From positions 15,319,981-15,380,092 of the forward strand of contig NC_068981.1 of the NCBI RefSeq assembly GCF_001194135.2: a stretch of DNA of 60,112 nucleotides, given 5' to 3'. Below the pieces are notes generated by a model. The model ran no database searches and was not told where the DNA came from. It saw only the letters and a list, made by a program, of their open reading frames with translations. Shown here in pieces: positions 1-13,637 of this stretch. Positions within the stretch are counted from its first letter, which is position 1, and each line of letters starts with the position of its first letter. This DNA is from Octopus bimaculoides (lineage: Eukaryota). The translations under genes and the position numbers were made by a program.

Positions 1-76
1 TCTTCTTCTTCTTCTTCTTCTTCTTCTTCTTCTTCTTCTTCTTCTTCTTCTTCTTCTTCTTCTTCTTCATCATCAC

Positions 77-121
<45 letters not shown>

Positions 122-357
122 TACCTTCTTCCTCCAACTCATCATCATCATTAACTTCGTCACCATCATCATCCTCACCATCATCATAATCCTCTTTGCC
201 ACTACCACCACGGTCACCACCACCACCACTAGCAACACCACCATCTTGAAAAGCACAACCACCATCAAAACCACCACTACCACCAGCACCGCCACCATTA
301 ACATTATCTGTCACCATCATCATCGTCGTCGTCGTCGTCGTCATCATCCTCATCTTT

Positions 358-418
<61 letters not shown>
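1..418. repeat. Composite trinucleotide microsatellite (TCT)n/(CAT)n/(CAC)n
   Basis: Direct reading; explains the poly-His and poly-Asp ORFs at 246-603. Confidence 0.97.
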
Positions 419-2619
419 GGAACCGCAAAAAAAAATATCAGGAAAGTCATCAGCTGTAACAATAACAAAAAAAAAAATAGAAAGCAAAAAATGGCCGTAT
501 TAACCAGCAGCTCAACAGACAGTTTGCTAGCTTTGTTTGCAACAAAACCGTGTCTCGAAAGAAACAATATTATTACGAATAACTGTGTAGAATAAAAATT
601 CATATTTCATTGTAATGGTCGATTTATTCCTTTTCTCTCAGAAATTAATTCCATTTTCGTGATCTTGGGTGAATTAGAATAGAAAACACTGACAGTAAAG
701 CAAGCGAGTCATTTACAATTCACAGTTTGAGAGTGTTTTTTTTTTGTTTTTTTTTCCCCTTATTGCTTCCTTCAGCATGTACTTTTAGTGTAAACTATCG
801 GTTTAAGAAGAATTATTGAATGTATTACCATTGTGCTATATGTATGCAGCCTTGCATTGAATAAATGCCCAATATTGATTTGAATTAATATCTAATATGT
901 TTTGCAATATCATTTCAAAGCACGTCTGTCGTAAGAAAACTTATATTTAACTAAATATTCTCGCCATTTTTAATACGCAATGTCGTCGGTATAAAGCGTC
1001 TGTCTGCAAAACAAATTCTCTGTATATTATGTCTATATAGTACAATCGTTTTAATAAACCATTAAAAATAAATGTAGACTATGAAACTTTGAATCTACTG
1101 CAAATGAGTATATTGTGCTATTGAATTTTTTAAAGAATATATCTATAAATATTGAGAGATATTTATTAATCGATTAATGTATGTATTATTATATCTGTAA
1201 TCGATATATTTGTATTAATGAAAACAATAAGCAATCGCATTTCACAATTATATATTTCCAAATTATGGTAATACGTATGAAATATAATAGGGAATATATT
1301 TTTTGCTCACAATTAAATTCAAATGAGGTACAAGAATATTCGTATTGCATAAGGGTATTATGTGCGTATCGAAGTTTATTTTATTTTTTGTAATATACCT
1401 ATGTAGTGCTTTATAAGCTGAGGTGTCTTCACATAATGTAATGAAAAGTTTATATTTATGTTATATTTATGAGGGTGAGTTCACAAGACATACTTTAAAT
1501 CGATTTTGGAGCAAATATGGCAAAATACATTCTCAGTGATGTCTAGAACCTTCTCCGATATACATCGACGAATGATATACTCACGCCTACACATGCACCT
1601 GAACAGACACAGACATACACACATACATATATACAAACAATCTCTCCCTCTTTCTCATTCTCTCTCTCTCTCTACACACACACACACAAATTTATACAGA
1701 TATATATTTACATAAAAACTATCTAGTCTTATATGTATATATTCGTTGTTGTGGCCTCCTAGACATAACTTGAAAAAGATGACAACGTGAATAATGAATT
1801 TCAGACTTCTCATAGCAGCGAGTTTCACAATCACTTTGAGCTTTGTTTTCTGTAATGGTTATTGATTAACATCTGTCAGTATTGCGAACAGATATATGTA
1901 CAGCACACGCATTTATGTATAAGTGTATGTATGTAGGTATCGACACCTATATATATGTATATATGTATATATATATATANNNNNNNNNNNNNNNNNNNNN
2001 NNNNNNNNNNNNNNNNNNNNNNNNNNNNNNNNNNNNNNNNNNNNNNNNNNNNNNNNNNNNNNNNNNNNNNNNNNNNNNNNNNNNNNNNNNNNNNNNNNNN
2101 NNNNNNNNNNNNNNNNNNNNNNNNNNNNNNNNNNNNNNNNNNNNNNNNNNNNNNNNNNNNNNNNNNNNNNNNNNNNNNNNNNNNNNNNNNNNNATATATG
2201 TATACATATATAGTAATATAGATTTAATCAAAAGATTAAATGTGGTACTTAAAATGTTTGTGGTACCAGAATTTAGTAGGGTAAAATCCAAAAAGAAAAT
2301 CAAGACATTTGGTGCATTAAATTTGAAGAAAAGCTACAAAAATGTATTAGGTTATAGCAGTACGTATGTTTCGTACAAGCTTCATTTATTTATGTAGGGA
2401 GAACACCACACCACATAAGATGTGCAATGAAAATGTACTCCTACACTGTTTATTAACAGCCCAGTCAAGATGGTATTCTCTTCATCTCCTACTCTTGTAT
2501 TTGCACACATTTACAAAATGGCTTTCTGAAATGAACTTCCATTATGCGGCTGAGGAGTAATTTCATTAAGCTGATTGGATAAGAGCTTAGATTCTGCAGT
2601 ACAGCTTCTCAGTCCGTTG

Positions 2620-3960
2620 AGTGCGGTATTTTCGAATTTTCCACCAGGAATTCTATCCTATATTTACATCCGCTGAAAATTTCAGATCTAGAATTCAGCA
2701 TTGCGGTGGAGTTCTTAAATTTGAAATTGATCTATGATCTTTTATCTACATATAGCTTATGATTTTTTGATCCGATTTAGTGTATACGTTTCAACTAATT
2801 TCCTTTTGGTAACGTTAGACTTCAAAGCACATACGTGGCGAGCCAACTTAGTGGCTTTGGTTTCATCACTATGCTGGAAGATAGCGATTTTTGAAGGTGC
2901 CTTCACATAGCCCGATGTAGATATTCTTTTCAGTTATGTTATCATGTAGTGTTGTTGTAACTTCTGCTTCATATATTACCGATTTTTTCATACACTCCAT
3001 GATCGACATTTGCAGCTATGAGGGTGTTACCTGTATATAATGAGGCTCTCCGCATTGGGGCAGCAACTACGTTATAATTTGACTGAAAGTTTGTTGAATA
3101 TTTTCTATGTCTGTGATATACGGGAAAATTTTTATTTAAGAGAGCCAGGAATTATTTACCTGTGTTGGTTTTAACATTAAGGGAAAATGGGAGTGAGTGC
3201 GAACTGAATTATTTTCCTAGGTCCATTTGTATGTTTATTTTTATTATGCATACTATTACTATAGGAGTTATAAATTAATTGATAACTAAAGTCACTATTG
3301 GCTAGGGTATTGTTGTAGTAGGGAGCAACCTTCTCAGAAATTTCTTTAGAAGAAGAGAAGTTAGATAACCTCTTCTACTCTAGGCACAAGGCCTGAAATT
3401 TTGGGGGAAGGGCCAGTCGATTAGATCGAGCCTAGTACGCAACTGGTACTTAATTTATCGACCCCTAAAGGATGAAAGGCAAAGTCGATCTCGGCGAAAT
3501 TTGAACTCAGAACGTAACGGCAGATGAAATACCGCTAAGTGTTTCGCCCGGCGTGCTAACGTTACTGCCAGCTCGCTGCCTTAGAGAAGTTAGATATTTT
3601 GTGTGGTTAATGTTAGACGGCAGGTGTTTAAACACTATAGTGTAGGGGTGGGGATGACAAGATTGTGTATGTAAGAAATTTTCTCGTTGGAGTTATAGTG
3701 ACTTTTATAAGAAGAGTTCAGATCTTGCGAAACATGAAAAAAATCTTTTGTCAGGTTAGTATTGAATGTGATTTTAAGGTCTATTTGGCTAAGGGTGGAG
3801 GTGAGTTGTTTCCGAAATTTATCTCAGGTGTGACCATCAAGACTATGGGAAATACTTATCCATCGTTTAAGCATAGACCAACGTCATGGGATGAGTACTT
3901 GAATCTCGATGTGTTTAATACCAAGTGACCTACGAGATCAAAGATGTCAGAACTGTAGTA
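2620..3960 (-). mobile_element. Decayed Penelope-like element (RT C-terminus, thumb, GIY-YIG endonuclease), interrupted by a SINE
   Basis: Minus-strand translation gives VGLCLNDG (GLYRDDG-like), LKITFNTNL, VAPYYNNTL, SLNVKTNTGK, then CMKKSVIYEAEVTT...NIYIGLCEGTFKNRY (VIY 2971-2979, YIG 2911-2919) and LNSRSEIFSGCKYR; stops and frameshifts present. Confidence 0.85.
3368..3582 (-). mobile_element. tRNA-derived SINE family A (tail type 1), full length with 14-bp TSD
   Basis: Head GGCAGCGAGCTGGCAGTAACGTTAGC...GAGTTCAAAT on minus strand; TSD AGAGAAGTTAGATA at 3354-3367 and 3583-3596. Confidence 0.93.
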
Positions 3961-4239
3961 CGATAACGTCGGATACATCGAACAAGTCACCAGTATCGGA
4001 CTTCTTTAGCCTTGCTGGGCCCTTAATAAACAGGAGTGTTTTTTCTCTCAGGCATGCATGATAAAGACAAGGTCTTCACGGTCTATACAAAATGTGAATT
4101 AGCAAACTGTATCGCCCTTTCAAAGAGTGATCACGATGTAGAGGGGAAAAAATCTATAATATTGAACTGAGTAAATCTAGCTCTATACTTATTCTTCATG
4201 TTTTAAACCAATCTATTACAGTAAAACTGCTATCATATT

Positions 4240-4254
4240 ATACACACACACACA

Positions 4255-4303
<49 letters not shown>

Positions 4304-4357
4304 TGAAAGAGACAGGGACGCACACGCACATATATACTTACACACACACACACACAT
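4240..4357. repeat. (CA)n microsatellite
   Basis: Direct reading. Confidence 0.95.
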
Positions 4358-4529
4358 AAACGTGCAAATGTATCGTTACACCACGACGTTATAGTAGTGA
4401 CGGTAATTAAAATGATAAATGACTCATGGCAATTTATTATTAAATTAATATATAGTATTCTTTCAGAAACTATTAATTTCTAGCAAAATGTATTATAAAA
4501 ATAATCTATATCATAATTATATATTTCTC

Positions 4530-5500
4530 TCACAAAATTAACCACAAGTTTTTGCAATAATGACATCATATATTCTCGGAACGTTATTCATTAGTGACGT
4601 TAAACATTGTTGGATGGGGGTAACTCATTCCATGCGTCTTGTAATAGTTCTCACTTATTCTAAGTATTGTTTGGGAGCCTTGAATTTACCGTTTGTCCAA
4701 TCCATCCCAATAAAATTGAGGTTGGGGGATTGTGGGGTTCAGTTCATAATTGGAAGATTATTATTTTGTTTGTTAGACTTTAAATAGTTCATTCAGAGCT
4801 TAGAAGAATATTTCGCATCGTTATCTTGTGTGAATAAAAAGTTTAGCCCAATCAAACATAATCCACTTGCCAATTCATTTCTCTGTAAAATGGAATGATG
4901 CACATTTTAGTACGTTATACTGTAATCTTTATAAAGATTCTCCAGCTTTCCTGTAGGAAAACATCACAAACCATCATGGTTCATCTCCACTTTTAACAGT
5001 TGGAACTATACACTAAGAGGCTATTTTCCCTCCAGATCTCCATACACACACAGTTCTTTATGAGCCAAAAACTTCAGATTTTCCTTACACTCCTATGTTG
5101 CAATTTTTGTATCTTTTACCTAACCGAGACTTTTTGTTTTGTTTAAAGGCCTTTGTAAGTATTTTCATCGAACTATTATCACTGCATCAAAAAGTCTTGG
5201 CTTTACTGTTGTGCCAGATAAAGATGACCCAGTTGCTTGATTAAAGTATGTCATAATGTATGGAACATTTAAACGTCTATTTCTAAGACTTGTTGTTTTG
5301 GTATTGACTAGTAAAAGTGGATTTTGGTTGACCTGATCGTTTTCCACCATGAAAAAAGATCGTTCCATTGAATCTTTTTATTGCAAAAGTCACACTATTA
5401 AGAGAAATAATCAGTTTAGCGGCAATTCTTCTTATTGAATATCTTTCTTCTGAAATAGTTATTGCTAATCGAATTTTGGGGACCATTTTCTGGAATTTTA
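4530..5500 (-). mobile_element. Tc1-family transposase pseudogene
   Basis: Minus-strand fragments: HTH region RYSIRRIAAKL, KRSGQPK, SGTTVKPRL (TTVKRRL-like), EVFGS, CIVPTVK, TPQSPNLN (WPPQSPDLN-like), LQDAWNEL, IIAKTCG; many stops and frameshifts. Confidence 0.85.
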
Positions 5501-6471
5501 TAGTAAAAATGTATTATATTTTCTGAAAAGAAGAGATATAACTACCATGGTTTTAAATAAAGATATTTGACACAATTTTTTTTTTTTTTACTTATATTCT
5601 CATAGATTCTCATTGTAGAAAGATAAAGCTTATCAAGGATAAACTCTGATACAGATAGCATTTGTTATTGTTTATAAACAGCAAAACATGATTGCTACGT
5701 GAATGATTTGGTATTTGTGCCTAAATGTGCTATAGTAACTTCAAAGACAAAACTAGGGAAAATAAGTTAACGTATATCTTTCGCGTTTATCTATACATTT
5801 CCTTTATTTGCAAGTGTTGCATTGATATATTTATAATGTTTGACATGCCATAAATCACTGCGGGTGTTAAATAAATAGACGCTTAAAATGATAAATTGAA
5901 GTGTACTCAAAATTTCGAATGGTATTGTAAGCACACATACACACACATACATACACACACACATACACACAAACACAACACAAACACACACAACTTATCG
6001 TCGAATAAATTACGTTCTACTTATATATTTTTCAACCAATAACGCCGAGAAAATTAACTTCCATGTAATTGGGAAGAGAGATTATTATGCATAGAATTAA
6101 GCTTGTACTCACTTCATTATCTTTATGAGAAGGGGACATAAGTGAGATAGTTTCTGTACGTATGAATAAATATGCCACTTGTTATAATCAATATCATTGA
6201 CAGTTATATAACTTCATCAGTAAATTACATACATCTTTGTAGGTTTTATCAGTTGAATAAAACTTACATGAAATTTATAATAAATTATTTCATGAAGTCT
6301 CCTATTTGTAGGGCCGAAAGCTTTATTGAAATATATTCAAGGGTAATTGAATATGGTGGATGGAAATAGAGTTTATAGTAAGAAAGATGTTATGCTAAAA
6401 TAAGAAAAGGGTATTCATGATGAGGGAAACGATGGAAGGAGCAATGCATAGGTATATAGTTTTAGGATGTG

Positions 6472-6775
6472 GTGGCACATGGCCTAGTGGTTAGAGCAGC
6501 GTTCTCGCGGTTGAGGGATGGCGGCTTCGAATCTCAAACCGGGTGATGTGTGTGTTTATGAGCGCAACACATAAGCTCCACGCGGCTCCGGCAGACGGTA
6601 ATGGCGAACTTCTGCCGACTCTTTCGTCACAACGTTCTCTCACTCTTTCCTCCTGTGTCTAGAATCTCAACTGCGACGGGCCGGGTTTCCGTCCGGGTGG
6701 AGAACGTGTATACCAATGAAACCGAGAAACCGACGCTTATGCGCCACGCATGGCTCGAGAAGGAACAAACAACAA
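6472..6775 (+). mobile_element. tRNA-derived SINE (separate family; A-box TGGCCTAGTGG, B-box-like GCTTCGAATCTC)
   Basis: tRNA-like head followed by a GC-rich body and a (CAA)-type tail. Confidence 0.75.
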
Positions 6776-6785
6776 TACAGTGTTA

Positions 6786-7015
6786 TTTCTTTACTACCCA
6801 CAAGGGGCTACACACAGAGGGGACAAACAAGGACAGGCAAACATATTAAGTCGATTATATCGACCCCAGTGCGTAACTGGTACTTATTTAATCGACCCCG
6901 AAAGGATGAAAGGAAAAGGCGACCTCGGCGGAATTTGAACTCAGAACGTAGTGGCAGCGAAATACCACTAAGCATTTCGCCCGGCGTGCTAACGTTTCTG
7001 CCGGCTCGCCGCCTT
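6786..7015 (-). mobile_element. SINE family A (tail type 2)
   Basis: Same head and body as 3368-3582 with an alternative 3' tail; probable TSD AATACAGTGTTA at 6774-6785 and 7031-7042. Confidence 0.9.
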
Positions 7016-7454
7016 TATATTAATGTGTATAATACAGTGTTAGGATATAAAACAAATTAACATGAAGACATTTTTGTTGGACAGTAAGCGCAATACTGAA
7101 GCTAGTTGGATAGCGATTACTAAATGGGTTACTGTGTTTATTCATTTGAGCATGTATATAAAACACAGTTTTCAGGGTTGTTTTCTGTAGAACAACTGGT
7201 CACAGATATATCACAAGCAGGTGACACTTGGTGGCTCGTTTTGAAAGTTTTATATCTAGTCGTGTGAACCCCTCCGAGGTTGCTTCTGCGTAGTGCACGA
7301 AACTAGTGATTCTTTTTATGGAAATGTTAGGCTTCATTCGATTATGTATGTAATTGGAACTGTGCATGTTACATTTTCACAGAGACCTCGTGAAAAGACA
7401 TATGGTTCTTCGTGTTTGGTGTTAAACTGATGTCTCAATAAATATTCATTTTGA

Positions 7455-7660
7455 CGCGGCGACCTGGCAGAAACGTTAGCACGCTGGGCGAAATGCTTAG
7501 CGGCATTTCGTCTGTCTTTACATTCTGTGTTCAAATTCTGCGGAGGTGGACTTTACTTTTCAGAATCGATAAATTAAGTAACAGTTGCATACTGGCGTCG
7601 ATCTAATTAACTGGCCCCCTCCCACAAAGATTTCGGGCCTTGTGCCTAGAATAGAAAAGA
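7455..7660 (+). mobile_element. SINE family A (tail type 1)
   Basis: Full head, body and tail; TSD AATAAAT(A/C)TTCATT at 7437-7450 and 7660-7673. Confidence 0.92.
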
Positions 7661-8859
7661 ATAAATCTTCATTCGAGCACATGGCTTATTTTTAAGTAGT
7701 AGCTTTGTATATAAAGATGGGAATAAATTTAATGTTAACGCAAATTTTGATGCTCACATGCACACAAACACATATATTCACATATGCACACACACACATA
7801 TGTATACATATATATAAAATGTATTTATAGAAAGGTATATAAAGGTACAAATATATGTAGGTATATAACTGAAGGTATACGGGTATATATATATATACAC
7901 ACAAATATACATGTTTACAAGTATATATGCAAACATGCGTATGTATACAGATAAGCTTAAATGCCCACATCACAACATTATGTATTGATTTTACACAAGA
8001 ATATATGTGTTTTGTATTTATTAGTGCATTTCTGCGTGTATGGGAATCTCTATTCTCGAGAACTAAAGTGAATGTTTGACAGTTTGAAATAACTGACATT
8101 ATCGGTGGTTGTCAACGGAGTACAATACTTTGAAATGAAGAATGTCTTCAGAAGCTTTCAAGAAGTTAAAATATAAATTAGAGAAAGTGAAAATATGTTT
8201 GACATGATTAAATATCCTCTGTGAATCATGATAAAAAATAGAGACAAGATCAGAAATACTAGCTTAGAGGAACTGTGTATGGGAAATGAACTTATTGTCA
8301 GATGGTATTTCAAATCGTATGCATAGAAAAGAAATATTTACATATAAGACTGTTTCAAAATAAACAAAGTAGCGGAGTTTATACTATGAGTAACACAGTG
8401 GAAAACAAGCATACATTTACCCCTTAATGATATGGATAATACAGACCTGGATTCAAATTTTGCGACATAACTTAGATAAGGTTAAATAAAGGTAAACACA
8501 TGGATTCATGATAAAAATCAGTGATGCATATATGTATATATATACATATCCATGATGAAATACCACAAGGTATAGAAAATACGTATTCGCCTTTATATAT
8601 TTAATCCTTTATATTGAACACTCAATATTTCATCTATTCAATAAGACATATTCCATATATTCAATAAGACATTCAATACTTTATTTCATAGTACCATCCA
8701 TTTTTATTTTATATTATATATTGTATATTCCATATTCTATATCCCACATTGGTTTTGCAGGAATATAAATAAAACATAAAAAACAGACAGTGCTGGAACT
8801 CTTTTAAACNNNNNNNNNNNNNNNNNNNNNNNNNNNNNNNNNNNNNNNNNNNNNNNNNN

Positions 8860-9279
8860 CTACTCTAGGCACAAGGATTCAGATGCTTGGGGAGAAGACA
8901 GTCGATCAGATCGACCCAGTACGCAACTGGTACTTAATTTTTCGAACCCGAAAAGATCAAATGCAAAGTCGACCTCAGCGGAATTTGAAATTAGAACGTA
9001 AAGACAGACGAAATATTGCTATGCATTTCGTCTGGCATGCTAACGTTTCTTATTTCTTGACCACAAGGTGCTAAACATAGACAGAACAAACAAGGACAGA
9101 CAAAAGGATTGAGCTGATTACATCGACCTTAGTGCATAACTAGTACTTAATTTATCGACCCTGTAAGAATAAAAGGCAAAGTCGACTTCGGCGATATTTT
9201 GAACTCAGAACACAACGGCAGACGAAATACCGCTAAGCATTTCTCCCGGCGAGCTAACGTTTCTGCCAGCTGGCCGCCT
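8860..9279 (-). mobile_element. Two adjacent SINE family A copies (tail type 1 at 8860-9050, tail type 2 at 9055-9279)
   Basis: Recognisable diverged body and heads; bounded by N gaps. Confidence 0.85.
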
Positions 9280-9383
9280 NNNNNNNNNNNNNNNNNNNNN
9301 NNNNNNNNNNNNNNNNNNNNNNNNNNNNNNNNNNNNNNNNNNNNNNNNNNNNNNNNNNNNNNNNNNNNNNNNNNNNNNNNNNN

Positions 9384-9423
<40 letters not shown>

Positions 9424-9675
9424 GTAGTAATATAAGCGGTACTTTATTTAACATGTATATACTGTTATTCTTCGAGAGTTATAATACTGTGGCGTTAGTT
9501 TTGAGAATATTGCAGTATTGACGTACAGTGCTACAAAGCAGAGAAATATTGCTAACAGACGAAAATGATCCCGTAGGAGTGGGGTAAGTGACAGATTTCT
9601 GCGCATTCGTGCGTTCTCAGGAGCAAGTATCCGTTATTACCTTCCTGCTAAGAGAAATATCGTTTTCACAAATAT

Positions 9676-10115
9676 AGGCGTGGTTGTGTGGTAAGAAGCT
9701 TGTTTCCCAACCACATGGTCTCGGGTTCAGAGCCACTGCGTGGCACGTTTGGCAAGTGGCTTCTACAATAGGCTCGGGCTGACCAAATCCCTGTGAGTGG
9801 ATTTGGTAGACGGAAACTGTAAGAAACCCGTCGTACGTGTTTGTTTGTTTGTGTGTGTATGTGTGTGTGCGTGTGTATGTGTGTGTGCGCGCGCACGTGT
9901 GTGCGTGTGTGACTTTGTTTATCCGCCTGCTATCGCTTGACAACCGATGTTGGTGTGTTTACGTCTCCGAAACTTAACGGTTCGGCCAAAGACACCGATA
10001 GAATAAGTACTAAGCTTACAAAGAATAAGTCTTCGGGTTTACTTCTTCGACTACAGGTGGTGCTCCAGCATGGCCGTAGTCCAATCACCGAAACAAGTAA
10101 AAGAATAAGAGAATA
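9676..10115 (+). mobile_element. tRNA-derived SINE family B, full length with internal (TG)n
   Basis: Head GGCGTGGTTGTGTGGTAAG...GGTTCAG, CORE-like TTTGGCAAGT segment, internal TG tract and conserved 3' part; homologous to 57830-58252 and 59935-60095. Confidence 0.88.
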
Positions 10116-10754
10116 TGTGTAAATAGTTAAGCAATATGTGTGTCATGTATTTCTTTTCCTATTTACGTACGTAAAATTGATAATGAATAGAATAGCTTTG
10201 CACAGAAATTATATTTATTGAATAAGCAAACAACGATGCACTCTTACAAGCATGCAATTTTCCAAGTACACAACCACCCACGTATAAACGTGTGCCCCTT
10301 GGAAATATACATATATCAATCCATGCATATTTAAATATATACAAACACACATATTTACACACGAACAGAACACAAATACACATATATCTCCCTTACAACT
10401 AGCTTTATTGTTATGCTGAACAGTGGATGAGGAAACACGTGACATTTACATATGATGTATAAGCGTCTGGGCATTATAAAAATGAGTGGGCTCTGTGAAC
10501 ATAAACCGTACGTTATCCATTTGTTTCAATATGCTTTTTAATCCTATACACACACACACACGCACTTGCCATTAGCTACATCCATATATCTACCAATGTT
10601 TATGCTAAGAATGATACTTTCACCTTCTATTGAGCTCACCGTTTATCAATTCTGAGAAAAGTAATGTTTTATCATGTGTGTGTGTGTGTGTATACGTAAT
10701 ATATACATAAATGTATGCATATTTGTCTATATATGTGCAGCGTGTACATATGTA

Positions 10755-10809
<55 letters not shown>

Positions 10810-11064
10810 TTAGATATAGATATATATATATATATATGTATGTATTCATGTATGTATTTATATATCTGGTTTTCACATAATCTTACTCGTCAGACTAGAA
10901 TTAAGTGCTGCTTACTTCGTTCATATATTTTGCATGTATCTCCATAATATTTTTTTCTGTTCATTTCATTTCCAATCTTTCAATATAAATGTTACTGCCA
11001 ACAGGTTAAACTGAACATAATTCTATTTTATATAGGATATTTGCTGGCACTTTATGCTTGTAGT

Positions 11065-11290
11065 AACATCACTGAAATTTGCATGAAGTAATTCTGTAAT
11101 CAGATTTTAAACATTCAAAAGAATGAATAATACTATTAATTCTTTTCATTGTTGGCAGGCTGCGACAGAAATAACGATACGTCCAGTGCCTACATTTACA
11201 CTTCTGATATATTGTATTATTTTGCTTCAAGGCTCGAATTTTACAGCGAAGTTCTTCGTAAACCAAGCAATTTTGTTCGTGTTTTTGTAA
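11065..11290 (-). pseudogene. Unidentified coding-like segment, paralogous to 16290-16540 (+)
   Basis: By-eye alignment: shared TACGAAGAAC, TGTAGGC and AAATCTGATTACAGAATT; peptides share YEE...CR..TY.....LP..K.IN......E..KSDYRI...KF. Confidence 0.5.
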
Positions 11291-12867
11291 TTGTATACAG
11301 AAAATGTTTCAAGTCTTATGGGGTAATGATATTTAGACTTTCACATTGTTTAAGTCATTCATCATTATTAGGGTTAACGCTGAGCCGTCGATAATAATAT
11401 GGTCATTCTGATAAGGAAAGATCTAAAGGTGATTCGATCCGGGGGATGAAAATCAAATATATATATTGCTTATATGTATTTTATCAAATAGCTTATTGCG
11501 AAAATTTGCTTACCATTGAAATGTGAAATTCTTTTCAAATAAGAAACGGAGATCATGTGATTAAAAATCTGTGAACTGCAGTTCTTCGTACATGAATTTT
11601 GTGGCATAATGTACCTAGAACAACAAATTTCTCTACGCTTGTGATAGCTGAATTCAGTGGGATTTCTTTTGGTAATATCAAATTGAAGACGTCACTGAAA
11701 ATTGTTAAGTCGGCAGTAAATAGCCTTAACAAATCTACTAATAATATATTTTGGATATAATTTGAACAAAATGGAACACACCAATGGAAAATTGTTCTTA
11801 TCCACGTCAGATTCACATTCAATCCATGATAGCCGTATACGCTGTGGAAAATGTATATTAATTTTGGATGCATTGTACACGAAACAGATTACATACATTG
11901 AAAACAATTGATCGTCACGCGATGTTCCTGTTTTTACCTAATCAAGTGACATATACCACTGTATTGTCATTTGCAGGCACGCACATTCCCGCAAAATGAA
12001 ACCAGACACACACGCGCCCGCATATGCTTATGTCTATATAAATGTATGTATGTATGTATGTATGTATGTATGTATGTATGTATGCATGTTTGTATGTATG
12101 TATGTATGCATGCATGCATGCATGTACATAAGTAGGTATATCCGTATTCTGTTTTGTTTCAAGATTTCTTGCCAATAGAGAAAGAGCCAATATCAACAAC
12201 AGGATATTTTTTATATATGTATGTTTGTATGTATGTATGTACATGGGTGTGTATATGCGAAGATTTGTATATTTTGTTTTATATAAATATATACTTATAC
12301 ATACAGTTCAATATCTAGACATGCCCATATATATTAAAATGATAAACTTCTGGAAAGTTTTACAGATTTTTAAAGTCCCTGTGATGGATTGGATCTGTAG
12401 TCTACGAATTAGTTTTCTCCTTTCTGGTTTTGAGAAACCTAATTTCTCAAGATGTATATATAAGCCTAAATTTGTATTCTGAATAGAGTAACTTCAGCGT
12501 ATGTATAAATGTATGTATGTACGTATAAATGTATATTTGTGAACCTCGTATCTTGATTGTTTATGTTTGCATTAGAATCACCAGGTTATGTGTCAATTTA
12601 TGGAAACATCAACGCTTTGTGCCATTGGAAAAAAAAATTGATTACATTTTATGCGACCACTGCCAAATTGATATAATAATTATCAATAGTACCTACATCT
12701 ACATGTATATATAGATGCATAACTGGTTACAGGACGTTGCAAACAAAACGTAGAGAAAATGATAAAGAGTACAAAAAACACACAGGCGACATAGAGAACA
12801 TATCCTATATCAGCTGCCACCATTCTAAAACTAAGCGATTCGAAGAGTTATATATATATACGATATT

Positions 12868-13148
12868 CTTTTCTACTCTAAGCACAAGGATTGAGATGTT
12901 TGGAGAGAAGACAGTCGATCAGATCGACCCAGTAAGCAACTGGTACTTCATTTTTCGAACCCGAAAAGATCAAAAGCAAAGTCGACCGCAACGGAATTTG
13001 AAATTAGAACGTAAAGAGCGTTAGAATAAGTACTAGGCTTACAAAGAATAAGTCCCGGGGTCGATTTGCTCGACTAAAGGCGGTGCTCCAGCATGTCCGC
13101 AGTCAAATGACTGAAACAAGTAAAAGAGTAAAAGAGAGTAAAAGAGTT
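12868..13148. mobile_element. SINE A fragment (-, 12868-13020) joined to a SINE B 3' part (+, 13021-13148)
   Basis: Similarity to the other copies in this window. Confidence 0.8.
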
Positions 13149-13329
13149 ATATACCGAGTGAAGCCTGAAACAGCCAGGATCTTGTCTTTCGGCAACCCAG
13201 GACTACACTGCCACGAATAAAGCAAATAAATAGTACAAACCATTCGCGATGGTAGTTGACGCTGTTTTATTCTCACCTTTTTTCAATCATGCCCGATTAC
13301 AAATCTTTCCTCCATGATTGACCGCTAGC

Positions 13330-13495
13330 TCCAAAACCTTTTTTTTTCTCCCTCTGTTTATTTCCTCGTGTTCCTTTCTGTTGAAGAGCGTAGGCTCAAT
13401 ACGTAAAAAACTTTCTCGCCTTCCCAAGCGTTAAATTAATACACCTGTTTGTTGCTTATACACATGTCTTCGTCTTTTGTTTTTCTGTAAATTTC
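13330..13495 (+). mobile_element. Probable Penelope-type terminal-repeat fragment with a degenerate hammerhead-like motif at 13374-13409
   Basis: CTTT-CTGTTGA-A-GAGC(GTAG)GCTC-AATAC-GTA-AAAA in a pyrimidine-rich context. Confidence 0.35.
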
Positions 13496-13592
13496 AAGCA
13501 TGTATTGCGATCTCTTGTTGTCATAACAGTTCTATCTGCTTTAACCTCCAACATATATATATATATACATATACATATATATACGGACGGGG

Positions 13593-13637
<45 letters not shown>

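Noticed and set aside
1794-1857. Signal-peptide-like start exon MNFRLLIAASFTITLSFVFCNG
   Set aside because: Weak donor (GTTATT), immediate stop if unspliced, no supported downstream exon; hydrophobic runs arise easily in T-rich DNA.
11553-11907. Overlapping 106-aa and 71-aa minus-strand ORFs followed by a GTAAGC donor at about 11514
   Set aside because: No frame is open from a plausible acceptor to that donor; no recognisable domain.
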